This document shows positions 1 through 11,904 of a stretch of 45,074 nt of DNA, in pieces. Origin of the DNA: Octopus bimaculoides (taxonomy: Eukaryota); contig NC_068998.1 in NCBI RefSeq assembly GCF_001194135.2, positions 19,752,207-19,797,280 on the forward strand, read 5' to 3'. Made by a program: the position numbers and the translations under genes. Below the pieces are notes generated by a model. That model was given only the letters and a program-made list of their open reading frames with translations, was not told the DNA's origin and made no database searches. Each line of letters begins with the position of its first letter. Within the stretch, counting starts at the first letter, position 1.

Positions 1-297
1 ATATATATATATATATTTGTATATATATGTGTATATTCGTATCTATATATATATATGTATATATATATGGATATATTTGTATATATATATATAGATATAT
101 GTATATATGTATATATTTGTATATATGTATATATATGTATATTATGTATATGAATATATATATTATGTATATATATATATATATGTTTATATATATTATA
201 TATATATAGTATATATATATGTTTATATATATCTATATATATTATATATGTTTATATATATGTATATATATTATATATATATGTTTATATATATGTA

Positions 298-345
<48 letters not shown>

Positions 346-350
346 TATAT
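1..350. repeat. Degenerate (TA)n microsatellite
   Basis: Almost pure TA/TATG repeats; ORFs 27..209 and 107..454 are translation artefacts. Confidence 0.95.
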
Positions 351-567
351 ACTGGTTTGCAACTGAAACATCTCACACACATTGGCCTAAATATTTAGCT
401 ATAGGTGGCTTTCTTGGCTTTTTAACAAATGTATGTTTGGATGTTATTGTTTAGAAACACTATAGCCTAATTTAATTGAACCAGTCATCTAATATTCATT
501 TAACAAGGACTGACTGTGTTATGTTTCTTTTTCTTTAGATTTTTATTGTGAGTGGTAGAGTTTTGCA

Positions 568-2478
568 ATGGCTACAGAAATTAGTGTAAATGTTGCTGCC
601 GAAAAAGTGATGGAAGATGACTCAAGTGACTCAGATGTTAATAGTTCGGAACATGTGATTAATCATCCTCATGAACCTGACTTCACAAAATCACAAAATT
701 GCTCTGATGATTTAAGCACAAGCAGTGAAAACGACTTACCTCAATTGCTTCATGCCCCATTGAATAAGGAATGTATACCTGTTGATAACTCACAGATTTC
801 AATCAGAGCTAAAAGAGGTCGTAAAAGAAGAAAAGAATTTACAAGATCAGAAAACAAAAAGAGAAGAAACAGTGGATTAAGTTGTATAGGCACGACACAA
901 AAATTCCCAGCCAAAAAGTTGAAAAAAAGCTGTGATTGTAAACGACTAAAATGTAACACAAAAATTTCTGAACAAAGAAGAAATACCTTGTTCAATGTTT
1001 ACTGGGAGTTAGGAGATATAAATAAGCAACGGCAGTTTATTATTAACTGCGTTTCAAAACACAGCAAAGAAAGAAAAAGAACTAAAAGTGATAATTCCAG
1101 AAGAAATTCAAGCTTGAAATATTGTTTTTGCATCGATGATGTTGAAGTGGAAGTCTGCAAAATATTTTTTCTTAACACACTTTCAATTTCAGAAACCACG
1201 GTAACAACTGCTTTAAAAAAAGGTGCAAATGGAGTGGTCGAAGGTGATAATCGTGGAAAAACAAAAAGAAATGATGAGCAGATGAATCATCGCAAAAAAG
1301 AGCTTCGTCAGCATATTTTATCACTTCTACAAGTTCCAAGTCATTATTGTAGGTCTTCAAGCAACTTACTGAGTCTCTCTTCAGAATTAACCTTGTCAAA
1401 AATGTATGACATGTATAAGGAAGTATGTAATGAAAAGGAAACACAACCCTTGAGCTACACAATATACTGGCAAACTTTTCAGTCAATGAACCTAAGTTTT
1501 CATTGTCCCCAAAAAGACCGGTGTGAAACATGTGAAAAGTTTCGAAATCTAAACATTGAAGAACAAGAAAAAGAAGCAGAAAAATTTGAAGTGCATCATC
1601 AAAAGGCAGAAAAAAATTGTGAAATTAAAACCATTTTGAAGCAAAAAGATGACAGAACCAAAGTCACAGCTGTTCTTGACTTGCAAAAAGCTCTTCCTAC
1701 TACGAAATCTGAAGTCTGATTATTTTATGATTCTCAAAACCACTCGACATAATGATATAACTAATGATGAAGTTATTTGTTTTGTCTGGAATGAAACAAA
1801 ATCTGGTCGAGGTAGTAATGAAATTGGCAGTTGCTTGTTCCAAATGCTTAGATAATGGGATGCAAATGGAGCAAAAGGAGTGAACTTCTTTAGTGATGCA
1901 TGCCCAAGACAAAACCGTAACTGAAACATTCTGGCTTTGTTTCATGCTTTCATAAACATAGAAGCAAAGAACATCAAAGTAATTAATCACTACTTCTTTG
2001 AGTCTGGACATAGCTAGAATGAAAACAATTCTGTCCACTCTGTGAATGAATGTGTAACAAAGCACTTCGAAGTGTTTATTTCTGAACAGTGGTACATGCT
2101 CATTAAATCAAAGAAAAAGAGCGACTATGTTACTGGATTGGACCTATCACAAATTTATGATTTTGCAGATGTTGTAGGTTAGACAGTGTCTAGAAAGGGA
2201 ACAGCAAAAGTTTCCAAAAGGCAGATTATGAGTTACAGAAGGGGGAAGTTTTGTACAGTTAATCTGCATTGAACGAGCCTGTGCCACTAAATGCGACATT
2301 TAAAAGAATTAAAAGCATCCAATATAAACTTATAAACAAAGAGGCTTCCAAGCCCATCCAAATAAGCAAAAAGAAAGATTTATTAAACTTGTGTCAAAAA
2401 TTTGCTTTTCCTAAGCCATAAGGTTTCTATCAAAGTTTAAAACAAGTTACCCGTGCGAATGAAGAACAGAATAAGTAA
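568..2478 (+). pseudogene. Decayed DNA transposase, probably CMC/Chapaev-like; first 383 codons open, catalytic domain disrupted
   Basis: ORF 568..1719 has CDCKRLKC, VCKIFFLNTLSISETTVTTALKK, SHYCRSSS, LSFHCPQKDRCETC and VLDLQKALP. After a stop and a frameshift it continues CFVWNETKSGRGSNEIGSCL*, FFSDACPRQNRN*, ESGHS*NENNSVH and KKKDLLNLC...FYQSLK to TAA at 2476-2478. Superfamily call is from recalled motifs. Confidence 0.75.
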
Positions 2479-2705
2479 TGTTATTTTGGCAAATTTTTAG
2501 CATTAAGTTTTGCATGACATCATAAATATCTTAAGGGGTTTGAATCATGATTGTTATTATGATGTTGTTATTAGATTCTTTGTATTTTGAGATGAAAATT
2601 GCGAATTCTTGCAGTGTATGGAGATATTTGCCTTACATGAAGTTTGCTTATTTTGTGCTTTTTTGACTAATGATACTTGTTCACTTCAAATTAAACCTCG
2701 TTATA

Positions 2706-3204
2706 TAGGGTGTCCATAAAGTCTCTTTACCATCTAAAAAAAATATTACAAAGGCAATTGATAAGATATTTTATTCAGATTTATTCTATTATATTCAGTG
2801 TTTACTAAAGTTTTTAATCACATCCCGGTAGATTGGAAGGGATGGGCCAATTCCTTGGCCACCAGATATCACCAGATATCACTCCCCAGGACTTCTTTCT
2901 ATGGGGCTATGTTAAAGATATCGTGTATCAAACAAAGATACGGGACATTACTGACCTAAAGCAAAAGATTACTGATGTCATTGCCACAATTGATGAGGCT
3001 ATGCTACAGCGAACATGGCAAGAAATCGAGTACCGTCTTGTGCTTCGTGCAACTAATGGTGCCCATGTAGAAGTGTATCAAATGAGGTAAAAAAACAAAC
3101 TTTAATAAACACTGAATACAATAGAACAAATCTGAATAAAATATCTTATCAATTGCATTTGTAATAAAGTTTTGAAATGGTAAAGAGACTTTATGGACAC
3201 CCTG
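2706..3204 (+). mobile_element. Non-autonomous Tc1/mariner element with ~115-bp TIRs and an internal transposase C-terminal fragment
   Basis: TA|TAGGGTGTCCATAAAGTCTCTTTACCAT ... ATGGTAAAGAGACTTTATGGACACCCTG|TA. Interior ORF 2833..3090 has SPDITPQDFFLWGYVKDIVY. Confidence 0.85.
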
Positions 3205-3829
3205 TACATTGTATGCTTATCAGCTAATTCAGTTGCAATTGCTCATAATTCATCCATAATGCTTTAATCATGTTATTAAGCAAAAACCTTTTTTCAGTAG
3301 ATCAGTATGTTGCAAGTTTTAAGGTTTTGTTTTTTTTTGCAAAAATTAGTAAGTCCAAGAAACAAAATTAAACTAAAAATTAACGAAGCCGTGGACAAAA
3401 AAGTACTACCAAAATGTTTTCCAATGTTTCTTAAATGACTGCTTTGCATTACATTGTACTTTTTTTTTGTATATATTAAGAATAAAGTGAGCAATGTAAA
3501 ATGAAATGGAATGGTGAAACTTTTTTTTTTCTCAAAAAGCAACATTTTGGGCTTAGGACAGTTTTGCATAATAGCAATGATTTGTGTGTACATATCTGTC
3601 TGTCTGTCTATATATGTATGTATATATGTATGTATATATTTGTGTATATATATATCATCATCATCATCATCGTTTAACGTCCGCTTTCCANNNNNNNNNN
3701 NNNNNNNNNNNNNNNNNNNNNNNNNNNNNNNNNNNNNNNNNNNNNNNNNNNNNNNNNNNNNNNNNNNNNNNNNNNNNNNNNNNNNNNNNNGTATGTGTGT
3801 GTGTATATATGTGTATATATATTTGGCTT

Positions 3830-5325
3830 TCGTTAACATGGAGAAAGCTCTTGACATGGTCCCCTGATCCTTTATCTGGTGGTAAATGCAGAAACTAGGG
3901 ATAGATGAGTGGTTCGTGAGAGCTATGCAAGGGATGCTGTCAATAAGGCGTGGGTTGGCAGTGAGTATACTGAAGAATTCCGGGCAGGGGTAAGGGTCCA
4001 CCAAGGATCAGTCTTCAGCCCCCTCTTATTCATCATAGTCTTTTAGGCAATAACAGAGGAATTCAAGACTGGATACCCCTGGGATCTCCCCTATGATGAT
4101 GACCTTGCTCTAATAGCTGAGTTAGAACTAGAGGAGAAGTTTCAGGTGTTGAAGCAAGGTCTAGAATCGAAGGGCCTTAGAGTGAATCTAGCCAAAACCA
4201 AAGTCTTAGTAAGTAGGAAGGCAGACAAATCACAAATTCCTTCAGGTAGATGTCCCTGCTTGATCTCTAGAAAAGGCATAGATAGAAACTCCATAAAATG
4301 TACCCAGTGTAAGTTATGGACACATAAGAGGTGCAGCAGTATCAAAGGGAGGCTAACTGAGAAGATAGTTTTTTTGTGTGGCAGATGCACAGAGGCAATA
4401 AACACTGAAAATGTGCAGAAAACAGCTTCTGGCACATGCCAGTGGGAAAAACAAGAAGTAGTTGATAGCTTCCACTACGTAGGTGACCAAGTCGGTAGCT
4501 GGGGTGGATGCTCTGAGAACGTAACTGCTAGAATAAGAATAGCCTGAGCAAAGTTAAGAGAGCTCCTACCTCTGCTGGTGACAAAGAGCCTCTCGCTCAG
4601 AGCGAAAGGGAGACTGTGTGGCGCATGTGTGCGAACAGCTATGTTACACAGCAGCGAAACATGGGCTGTGATTGCTGAGGACATGCATAAACTTGCAAGA
4701 AATGAAGCTAGTATGCTCCGCTGGATGTGTAATATCAGTGTGCATACTTATGACAAAAGTTGGACCTAAGAAGCATCAGATGTGGCGTGCAAGAGAGATG
4801 GCTGTACTGGTATGATCATGTGTTGCATATGTATGAGGACAGCTGTGTGAAAAAGTGTCACACCCTAACAGTGGAGGGAACCTGTGGAAGAGGTAGACCC
4901 AGGAAGACCTGGAATGAGGTGCTGAAGCTCGACCTTCAAGCATTAGGCCTCACGGAGGCAATGTCTCAAAATGCTGCTCTCAAAATGCTGAACCTTATGA
5001 AAGAAATGAAAAAGAACTGAGATATGTGGCACATTGCTGTACTCAAGGAAACCTGCCCATCACAATAGAACAGGTCCTAAAACCAAGGTACCATGTAAAA
5101 AGCACTGGTCCTGGTACCACATAAAAAAGCACTGGTGATGGTGCTACATAAAAAGCACCCAGTACACTCTATGAAGTGTTTGGTGCTAAGGGCATCCAGT
5201 CATAGAAATCAAGCCAAAACAGACTATGAAATCTGGTGTGGCTCTTGGTCTTGTCAGCTCCTGTCAAGCTGTCCTACCCATACCAGCATGGATAATCGAT
5301 GTTAAATATTGATGAGGATGATGGT
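3830..5325 (+). mobile_element. 5'-truncated RTE-clade LINE (RT C-terminal part, Cys-rich insert, 3' UTR with GAT tail)
   Basis: YDDDL-like RT motif near 4095, NLAKTKVLV, SFHYVGDQV, CVRTAMLHSSETWAV, GRGRPRKTW; many stops and frameshifts; GAT-rich tail near 5310-5325. Confidence 0.85.
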
Positions 5326-5534
5326 GTACCTGTACTTTAGTATAAGTGATACAGTTTATTAATACTGTACTGTATAAAGTACCAGTAATTTAGTCTGTTG
5401 GCCATGAGAGTTTTAAGTTCCTGCTCATAAATTAGTGCAGATTGTAAGGGATTCTGAACCATCAGTGTCTGGAAAGTTAATGTTATACCTGTAGATCTAA
5501 CTGAACTAATGTAATTTGTTTGTTTTTTTTTTAG

Positions 5535-5611
5535 CTGCCTTTGAAATTACCATCAATGACAAGTTGGTCTTCTCTCGTCTTCAATCTTTTTCATTCCCTA
5601 GCTCTGAACAG
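5535..5611 (+). CDS. SelW2/MIEN1-like Rdx gene, copy 1, penultimate coding exon: (A)AFEITINDKLVFSRLQSFSFPSSEQ
   Basis: Acceptor ttttttttag, donor gtcagt, 77 nt, phase 1 to 0, same size and phase as the copy 2 and 3 exons. Matches the Rdx GAFE[IV]x[IV]NGxL[IV][FH]SK...FP motif. Confidence 0.9.
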
Positions 5612-5669
5612 GTCAGTAATTTCCATTTGACTTTGCTTTTTGTTTCTTGTTTTAATTATCTTCTTTTAT

Positions 5670-6285
5670 TTTGTTTCAGTTATTTGACTGCTGCCATGCT
5701 AGGGCACCACCTTGAAGGGTTTAATTGAACATATTTACCCCACCAGTACTCATTGTTTTTTTAAGTCTGGTACTTATTTTCCTGGTTTCTTTGCTGAACC
5801 ACCAAGTTACAGGGACATAAGCAAACCAACAATGGTTGTCAAGCTGTGATTGTTGGGAGGACAAACACAATACAAAGACGCTCACACACTCACAAACATC
5901 ACCATTGTCATTTAATGTCCATTTTCCTTGTTGGCATCAGTTGGATGGTTTGAAATGATGTAGCAAGCCACCGGGCTGTGCTAAGCTCCATTGTCAGCTT
6001 TGGCATGTTTTCTATGGCTTGATGCTCTTCCTAATGCCAACCACCTTACAGCGTATATTGGGTGCATTTTTTGGACACCAGCACTTGTGAAGTTACCAAG
6101 TAAGTTGCAACACACACACACACACACATGATGAGCTACCACTGAGTTACCATTTACTAAATTCAGTCACAAGGTATTGGTTTGTCTGGGGCTATAATAG
6201 AAAATACTTGCTCAATTTACTGTGCAGTGGGACAGAACCGGAAACCACATGGTTACAAAGTAGGCTTCTTTACCACATACCCTTG
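5670..6285 (-). mobile_element. Cluster of reverse-oriented SINE halves and an RTE 3' tail in the last intron of copy 1
   Basis: Reverse complements of the SINE 3' end (ttgtttcagttatttgactgctgccatgct), the RTE tail (catcatt...gtccatttt) and the SINE head. Confidence 0.65.
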
Positions 6286-6719
6286 CCTTTTATTTTCGTT
6301 TATATAAAGAACGAATAAAATAATTCATGATATTTATCTACAGCAAGGCAGCAAGCTGGCAGAATCATTAACATGCTGGACAAAGTGCTTAGTGGCATTT
6401 CATCTGACTTTATGTTTTGAGTTCAAATTCTGCACTGGGATCAATCTAATTGACTGTTCCCTTCCCCAAAATTGCTGGCCTTGTACCAAAACTTGAAAGT
6501 GATATTTGTCTACAACTACCTTTGAGTATCATTATGGATTCTATAACATACTTCAGTAAATAGAATTTACATACACTTTATCTTGATAACACTGTGATGA
6601 CATTTGAACTGTTAAGAAGTAGGATAGTCTCTTCAAGAACAAAAGAAAAAAAAATGTTTAGCTTAAGAAATAAAATATCCAAATTTGTAGAGCACATGCT
6701 TTTTAAAAATTTTTTTAGC

Positions 6720-7125
6720 CAGGTGCAAGCCTGGCTGTGTGGTAAGAAGCTTGCTTCCCAACCGCATGTTTCTGGGTTCACTCCCACTGCTTGGCACCTT
6801 GGGCTAATGACTTCTACTATAGCCTTAGGTTCACCAAAACCTTGTGAGTGGATTTGGTAGATGGAAACTGAAAGAAGTCTAGTGTGTGTGTGTATTGTGT
6901 GTGCGTGTTTTTGTGCCTCTGTTTGTCCCCCCAGCACTGCTTGACAACTGGTGTTGGTCTGTTTGTGACCCCATCACTCAGCAGATCAGCAAAAGGGACA
7001 ATAAGTATCAGGCTTAAAAAAAAAATAATAATAATTGGGTTGATTTTTTTCAATTAAAACTCTTCAAAGTGGTGCCTCAGCATGGCTACTGTCTAATGAT
7101 TGAAACAAGTAAAAGATAAAAGATA
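6720..7125 (+). mobile_element. tRNA-derived SINE with internal (TG)n
   Basis: A-box-like TGGCTGTGTGG, B-box-like GGGTTCACTCCC, same body and GAAACAAGTAAAAGA end as other copies. Confidence 0.8.
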
Positions 7126-7489
7126 TTAGTAAGATTTGATTAAAAAAAAAAATAAAATAAATATTTCTAATGTTGACTTTACTGAAGACATTGACAATTT
7201 CATTCATGTGTTTCAACGGAGTTTACACTGGTTTGTTAGAAAATTTAGTCTCAGCACTAAAAGCTAATATAACTTGCTTATTATAAAGTACTGATGTTAC
7301 TTTCAGTGGTTAATTGACCTATTAAGTCATAAATATCTGTCATATGTAAAATGAAGTACCAGTGATAATATATGGTTCAGTAAGTTGGTATCTTAGTTAC
7401 TAAGATGTGAATTTATGGATGTATCAACAATAACAAGATATATTCTTATAGTTAGAATTTTTATAATTGTGTTTAAAAATCTCATTTAA

Positions 7490-7698
7490 CTCTTTTGATA
7501 CCAACTCACATGAGGCCACCCCTGGTTCTGTGACTGGAACTTCCTGCTATAAATGAAAATCTTCCATCAAAATTTCATGCTAATTTATGTTCCAAGCACC
7601 AGCTTAAAAACAACAAAGTTATTTTATTAAATTCTTCATTTTCGAAACCAATTGAAACAAAAGCACTGTATTTCAACTGAAATATGGTATTGAAAGGG
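7490..7698. mobile_element. TTAA-flanked MITE (piggyBac-like termini)
   Basis: ttaa|CTCTTTTGATACCA ... TGGTATTGAAAGGG|ttta; a partial copy of the same family lies at ~35905-36050. Confidence 0.6.
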
Positions 7699-8464
7699 TT
7701 TAATATTTTACACTAACATATTCAGACTAGTGTCCTCATATTGATAGTTATAATGTTTCAGCTGTTATGCCCTCTGACATAGTTCAGGTGCCTGTCATAT
7801 TTAGTAAGGTTCTCAAAAATTCATATGGAATCCCCATTTTTGATAACCTCAGTAGGAAGTTATCAGAGTTCAGTGTTTGTACTTATTCTTTCAGTCATCT
7901 TAGCATAGAGATAAACACCATCTGAGGACCTTCAATTAAGGAAAGAAGACTATTAAGCCTATGACCATAAAGAAAATAAGAACTGTTTAAAGCTCTTAAT
8001 TTCCATCACTTAATTGTTTTACAAGACAGTGGGTTAGTAATAAAAGCATTGATTGAGTGTTAATTGTAGTAGTTTAGCCAGTGGGCTTGAGTTCTATTCC
8101 TGAATCAGTCAGACAATAAGTAGACTCTTGTTCAAGCAGAATGAGCAAGTGGCGATGCAAGTAGAAAACTAATGCAACAATGGTTCTGGTGTAGACAATG
8201 GAATGGAAGTAATGTATCTCAAAGGAATTAACAAAGGGTTCAGTTTGAAATTCCAAGAAAATGACAGACATCTGATGAAAGGGAAATGGTATATTAGCAA
8301 TCAAGATGAGGACACTAGTTCAAATACATCAGCAAATAATAATTATAATTTTTCATCTCAGAAACTGAGACAAAATTTGATTAAATATTTTCTGTAAAAT
8401 AGAATTTAAGTTTTTTAAGTCAGTTCTCTAAATGCAAATTGTCTTTTTTTTTTTCTTTTGACAG

Positions 8465-8548
8465 ATTGTGAATTTATTACATGATGTCCAGGCAGGCAAG
8501 ACGATCCCTGTTATTGAGGAATCTAGCTCAGGCTGCATAATTCAATAA
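8465..8548 (+). CDS. Copy 1 last coding exon: IVNLLHDVQAGKTIPVIEESSSGCIIQ* (CaaX)
   Basis: Long polypyrimidine tract plus acag acceptor, phase 0. Collinear codon-for-codon with the copy 3 last exon. Ends C-I-I-Q-stop, like the MIEN1 CVIL terminus. Confidence 0.88.
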   Translation: MVNLLHDVQAGKTIPVIEESSSGCIIQ

Positions 8549-9480
8549 AACTAATTTGTTTTCCAGAAATTTCTGCAATTGTTACACCTTAAACTCTTTG
8601 AGTTTCTTTTTCTTTCTTTTTTAATTTTAAATTAATATATGTTAAAGGTCTTGACTATTGTCTTCTTTTTTAAATCCTCATTGAACTGACATATAGACAT
8701 GGACTGGCTTATATTCCAACATTATGGTATATCATACAACCTGTTTTGTCACAGTAAAGATATTTACCCAGTACCCACTCAGTATTTGCCCAATCAACGA
8801 CAACAGTTCATCTGATTGAATGAGTTAACTTTGTTCATTGGTGGAAGATGCTGAGGTGTTTTCCACACAGTGTATGTGGTAAGCGGCACCTACAAGTACT
8901 AGTTAATACTGAGTAGTCTGTTGTTATGGTAGATGGCCATTCTTAATTCCATGTGGCTACAGGTATGTCTGCAGGAGAGTAGGAGTGTCCATGTATATGG
9001 ATACACAGTGGATCTTGAAAGCTTCCATTTGTTGTATCCACTATGTTGCTCCTTGCTGCCTAGCATCAAAATATGTCACTTCTTCAATTAAGTGATCTAA
9101 TTACTCTTTGCCTTCATGATGAGGTGCTAATTAGCTTTATACATGTATTTTTTTTTTTTTTTTTGCCTTTCATATTCTTTCTTCTTTTTCTTCTCATCTA
9201 TTCTTCTCTTTTCTCTCCCTCTTCACATACTTACCATGATTCTATCTTTAACCTCATTCTCTCTTCTCCTTCTCTCTATTCCAGCTGTCTTTTACGTTAA
9301 GTATTCTATTTCTATAGTTTCTCTTTTTTTTCTTATTTCAAAGTAAATATGCAAAACGTTTCTAGTCAAGGGTGAATTCGAAATTATTCAGTGTCTTTCT
9401 TTTGAAAATTCTGTATGTAACAATTGTAGAACTAAAAATACTTTATATTGACTTATTAAAAAATTTTCATTTTGACTTTC

Positions 9481-9563
9481 TTACTGGTTATTTCTGGTTA
9501 TGAAAATTCTGGTCTAAACATGTATTGACCAGAGTTGGATAAATTGTGAGGAATAACCAGTGA
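9481..9563 (+). promoter_or_regulatory. SECIS element, copy 1
   Basis: ATGA 9500-9503, helix II AATTCTGGTC/GACCAGAGTT, apical loop TAAACATGTATT (AAA 9516-9518), GA 9538-9539, helix I 9481-9495 with 9549-9563. Confidence 0.9.
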
Positions 9564-9593
9564 AAAACTCGACTGAAAATGAATTATTTGGTG

Positions 9594-9604
9594 ATTAAAA
9601 TAAA
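9594..9604 (+). promoter_or_regulatory. Candidate poly(A) signal, copy 1 (overlapping ATTAAA/AATAAA)
   Basis: ~30 nt after the SECIS. ATTAAA sits at equivalent positions in copy 2 (30753-30758) and copy 3 (37628-37623, minus). Confidence 0.55.
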
Positions 9605-9790
9605 AAATGAATATATCATGATTCAGTGTTGTTTCTTAATCATTTTTTCTTCTCTTTCAGTCTTCTTATCAGTTGTTTAATATTAGTGTATGTAGAAAAT
9701 GCGTACAAATTTACATATTTCTCTATGTATACAGGATTGCACTTGACTTCAATAAATCATGTCTGATATGGGGCTCCCAATGTACTGGCA

Positions 9791-11071
9791 CGAGATTCAT
9801 TCCAGAAGTTTTGAGACTTTTTTAGGAGAGGCAATTATAACTGTCCTAGATTATTGTAACTTTAGTATATCATTATTAGACATCTAATAAGCTGACCTGC
9901 CAACGAATTTTTTTTTCTAGAATGAAGGAGACAGCTGTAACAGTTCTTTGAAAAAACCCTACTAAACACTGCTTGTCACAACTGACAAGTTTGCAGAATG
10001 CAGTCGGAACATGAAGACAATTTGGAAGCTTGCTATACAATCAAGTTTTGTATTAAACTGGGCAAAAATGCTACAGAAACCTGCGAAGTGCTTCAGATTG
10101 ATTATGGATTAACTTGTATGAGCTGAGGTTCAAAGATGGTAGAGGGGAGGGGAGAAACAATGAGAGGTGTAAGAGGGAGAGCGATCTCAGAACCTCAGAG
10201 CTAGTTGAGAAACTTCACAGTTTTCTAGATGAAGACCATCATGTACCTATAAAGACAATAAGCGTATAGTTTGGAGTTGATGTGACTCTTGTATGCAAAA
10301 TTATTCATGTGCAAAATTTGGGAAAAGTTTGTTCCCAGGGTGCTCAGTGACAAACAGAAGGAAAGATGTGTTGCTGACAGCAGGGAGATGCTTGAGCTCA
10401 TTACTGCCAATACAAGAGTACTTGAGCCTCTGGCAACCTGTAACAAAAGCTGGATCTACTGTTATAATCTGGAGACTAAGAGACAGAGTACCATATGGAA
10501 GAGTTCTGGCTCTCTTAGACCCAAAAAGACCTGGCAAAGCAAGTCCACCAGGAAATTCACAACAATCCCCTTTTTCGACAGCAAGTGCATCATTTACATC
10601 CACTGAGTTTCCTCTGGTCAGACATTTAATGAAGAGTACTTTGTGGAGGTTCTGAGGGAGATCACAAAAGGCCAGAGCTCTTCCACTTGGGTTGGTGGCA
10701 CCGGCACCAAGATGATGCACTAGTCCACAATTCCACCCTGGTAATGTAATCAACTACTTGACAGAGATGAGAATCAGCACTGTTCCTCACCCTTCCTACA
10801 GTCTAGACTTTGCTCCCTGTAACTTCTGGTTGTTCCCTAAACTGAAGGAGAACCCCAGGGGCAGTGGTCTTGAAGACATTGAGAAGATGGAGGCTGTGAC
10901 ATGGGTCCTGGGCACCTTCACTTTGGAGGACTTTCATGGGGCTTTCACAAAGTGGTTGGAGTGTTACAAATGCAGAAGATCCTACTTTGAAAGTGATTAG
11001 TGTTTTGTATTTCTTTGAATTTAATAAATGTCTTTCTTGTAAAAGCCCCAAAACTTCTCAAATGCACCTTG
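9791..11071 (+). mobile_element. Near full-length decayed mariner element (~1.28 kb)
   Basis: Imperfect ~30-bp TIRs and TA at 11072-11073. Remnants YTIKFCIKLGKNATETCEVLQ, VPRVLSDKQKERCV, CNKSWIYCYNLETKRQS and VPHPSYSLDFAPCNFWLFPKLK. Confidence 0.85.
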
Positions 11072-11181
11072 TACATCTCTGTCTCCGGTCTCTCTGATCT
11101 ACACTTTATCAACTCTTAAGCCCACTCTTTTTTCCTATCTGTTAATGACTTTCTTATTATTATTGCTAACAGCAGGATATA

Positions 11182-11587
11182 GGTGCAGGAGTGGCTGTGT
11201 GGTAAGTAGCTCATTTACCAACCACATGGTTCAGGGTTCAGTCGCACTGCGTGGCACCTTGAGCAAGTGTCTTCTACTATAGCCTCAGGCCGACCAAAAC
11301 CTTGTGAGTGGATTTGATAGATGGAAACTGAAAGAAACCTGTCGTATATATGTATATGTATATCTATGTCTGTGTGTGTGTTTGTGTGTCTGTGTTTGTC
11401 CCCACAACATCGCTTGACAACCAATACCGGTGTATTTAAGTCCCCGTAACTTAGCGGTTCGGCAAAAGAGACCGATAGGATAAGTACTAGGCTTACAAAG
11501 AATAAGTCCTGGTGTCGATTTGCTCAACTAAAAGGCAGTGCTCCAGCATGGCTGCAGTCAAATGACTGAAACAAGTAAAAGAGTAAG
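11182..11587 (+). mobile_element. Full-length tRNA-derived SINE with internal (TA)/(TG) microsatellite
   Basis: GGAGTGGCTGTGTGG...GGGTTCAGTCGC head, family body, AAACAAGTAAAAGAG end. Confidence 0.85.
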
Positions 11588-11904
11588 CAGTCTACCATTC
11601 AGATTATGTCAGCTCTTCACCATCTCCCAATCTTCCATACACCATCCACATACTGTCTAGGTACCTCACATTAAACCTGTTCTGACCCTATCAATAGAGA
11701 CCTCAAAAATATTCTCCAATAGCATATAATTATGACTTGGTCAACAAAGACACAATTACTGTTCATATCAAAGATTGGTTGACATAATTAAAGCCATTGA
11801 AATAACCACAACTAGTAGTTTCCTGATCTCTGCTGATCTTTCCTAGCAATTCCACATTCAAAACGGGGCTGTGCAGCTAAGAAGCTCAGTTTGCAACCCT
11901 GTGG

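Noticed and set aside
350-3580. Terminal inverted repeats for the Chapaev-like element
   Set aside because: Only an 11-bp inverted match (ttgcaactgaa at ~357 and ~3228) was found; not enough to define ends.
9110-9135. ATGATGA block as a second SECIS or snoRNA box C
   Set aside because: No helix II, apical AA or GA partner, and no matching box D with terminal stem seen.
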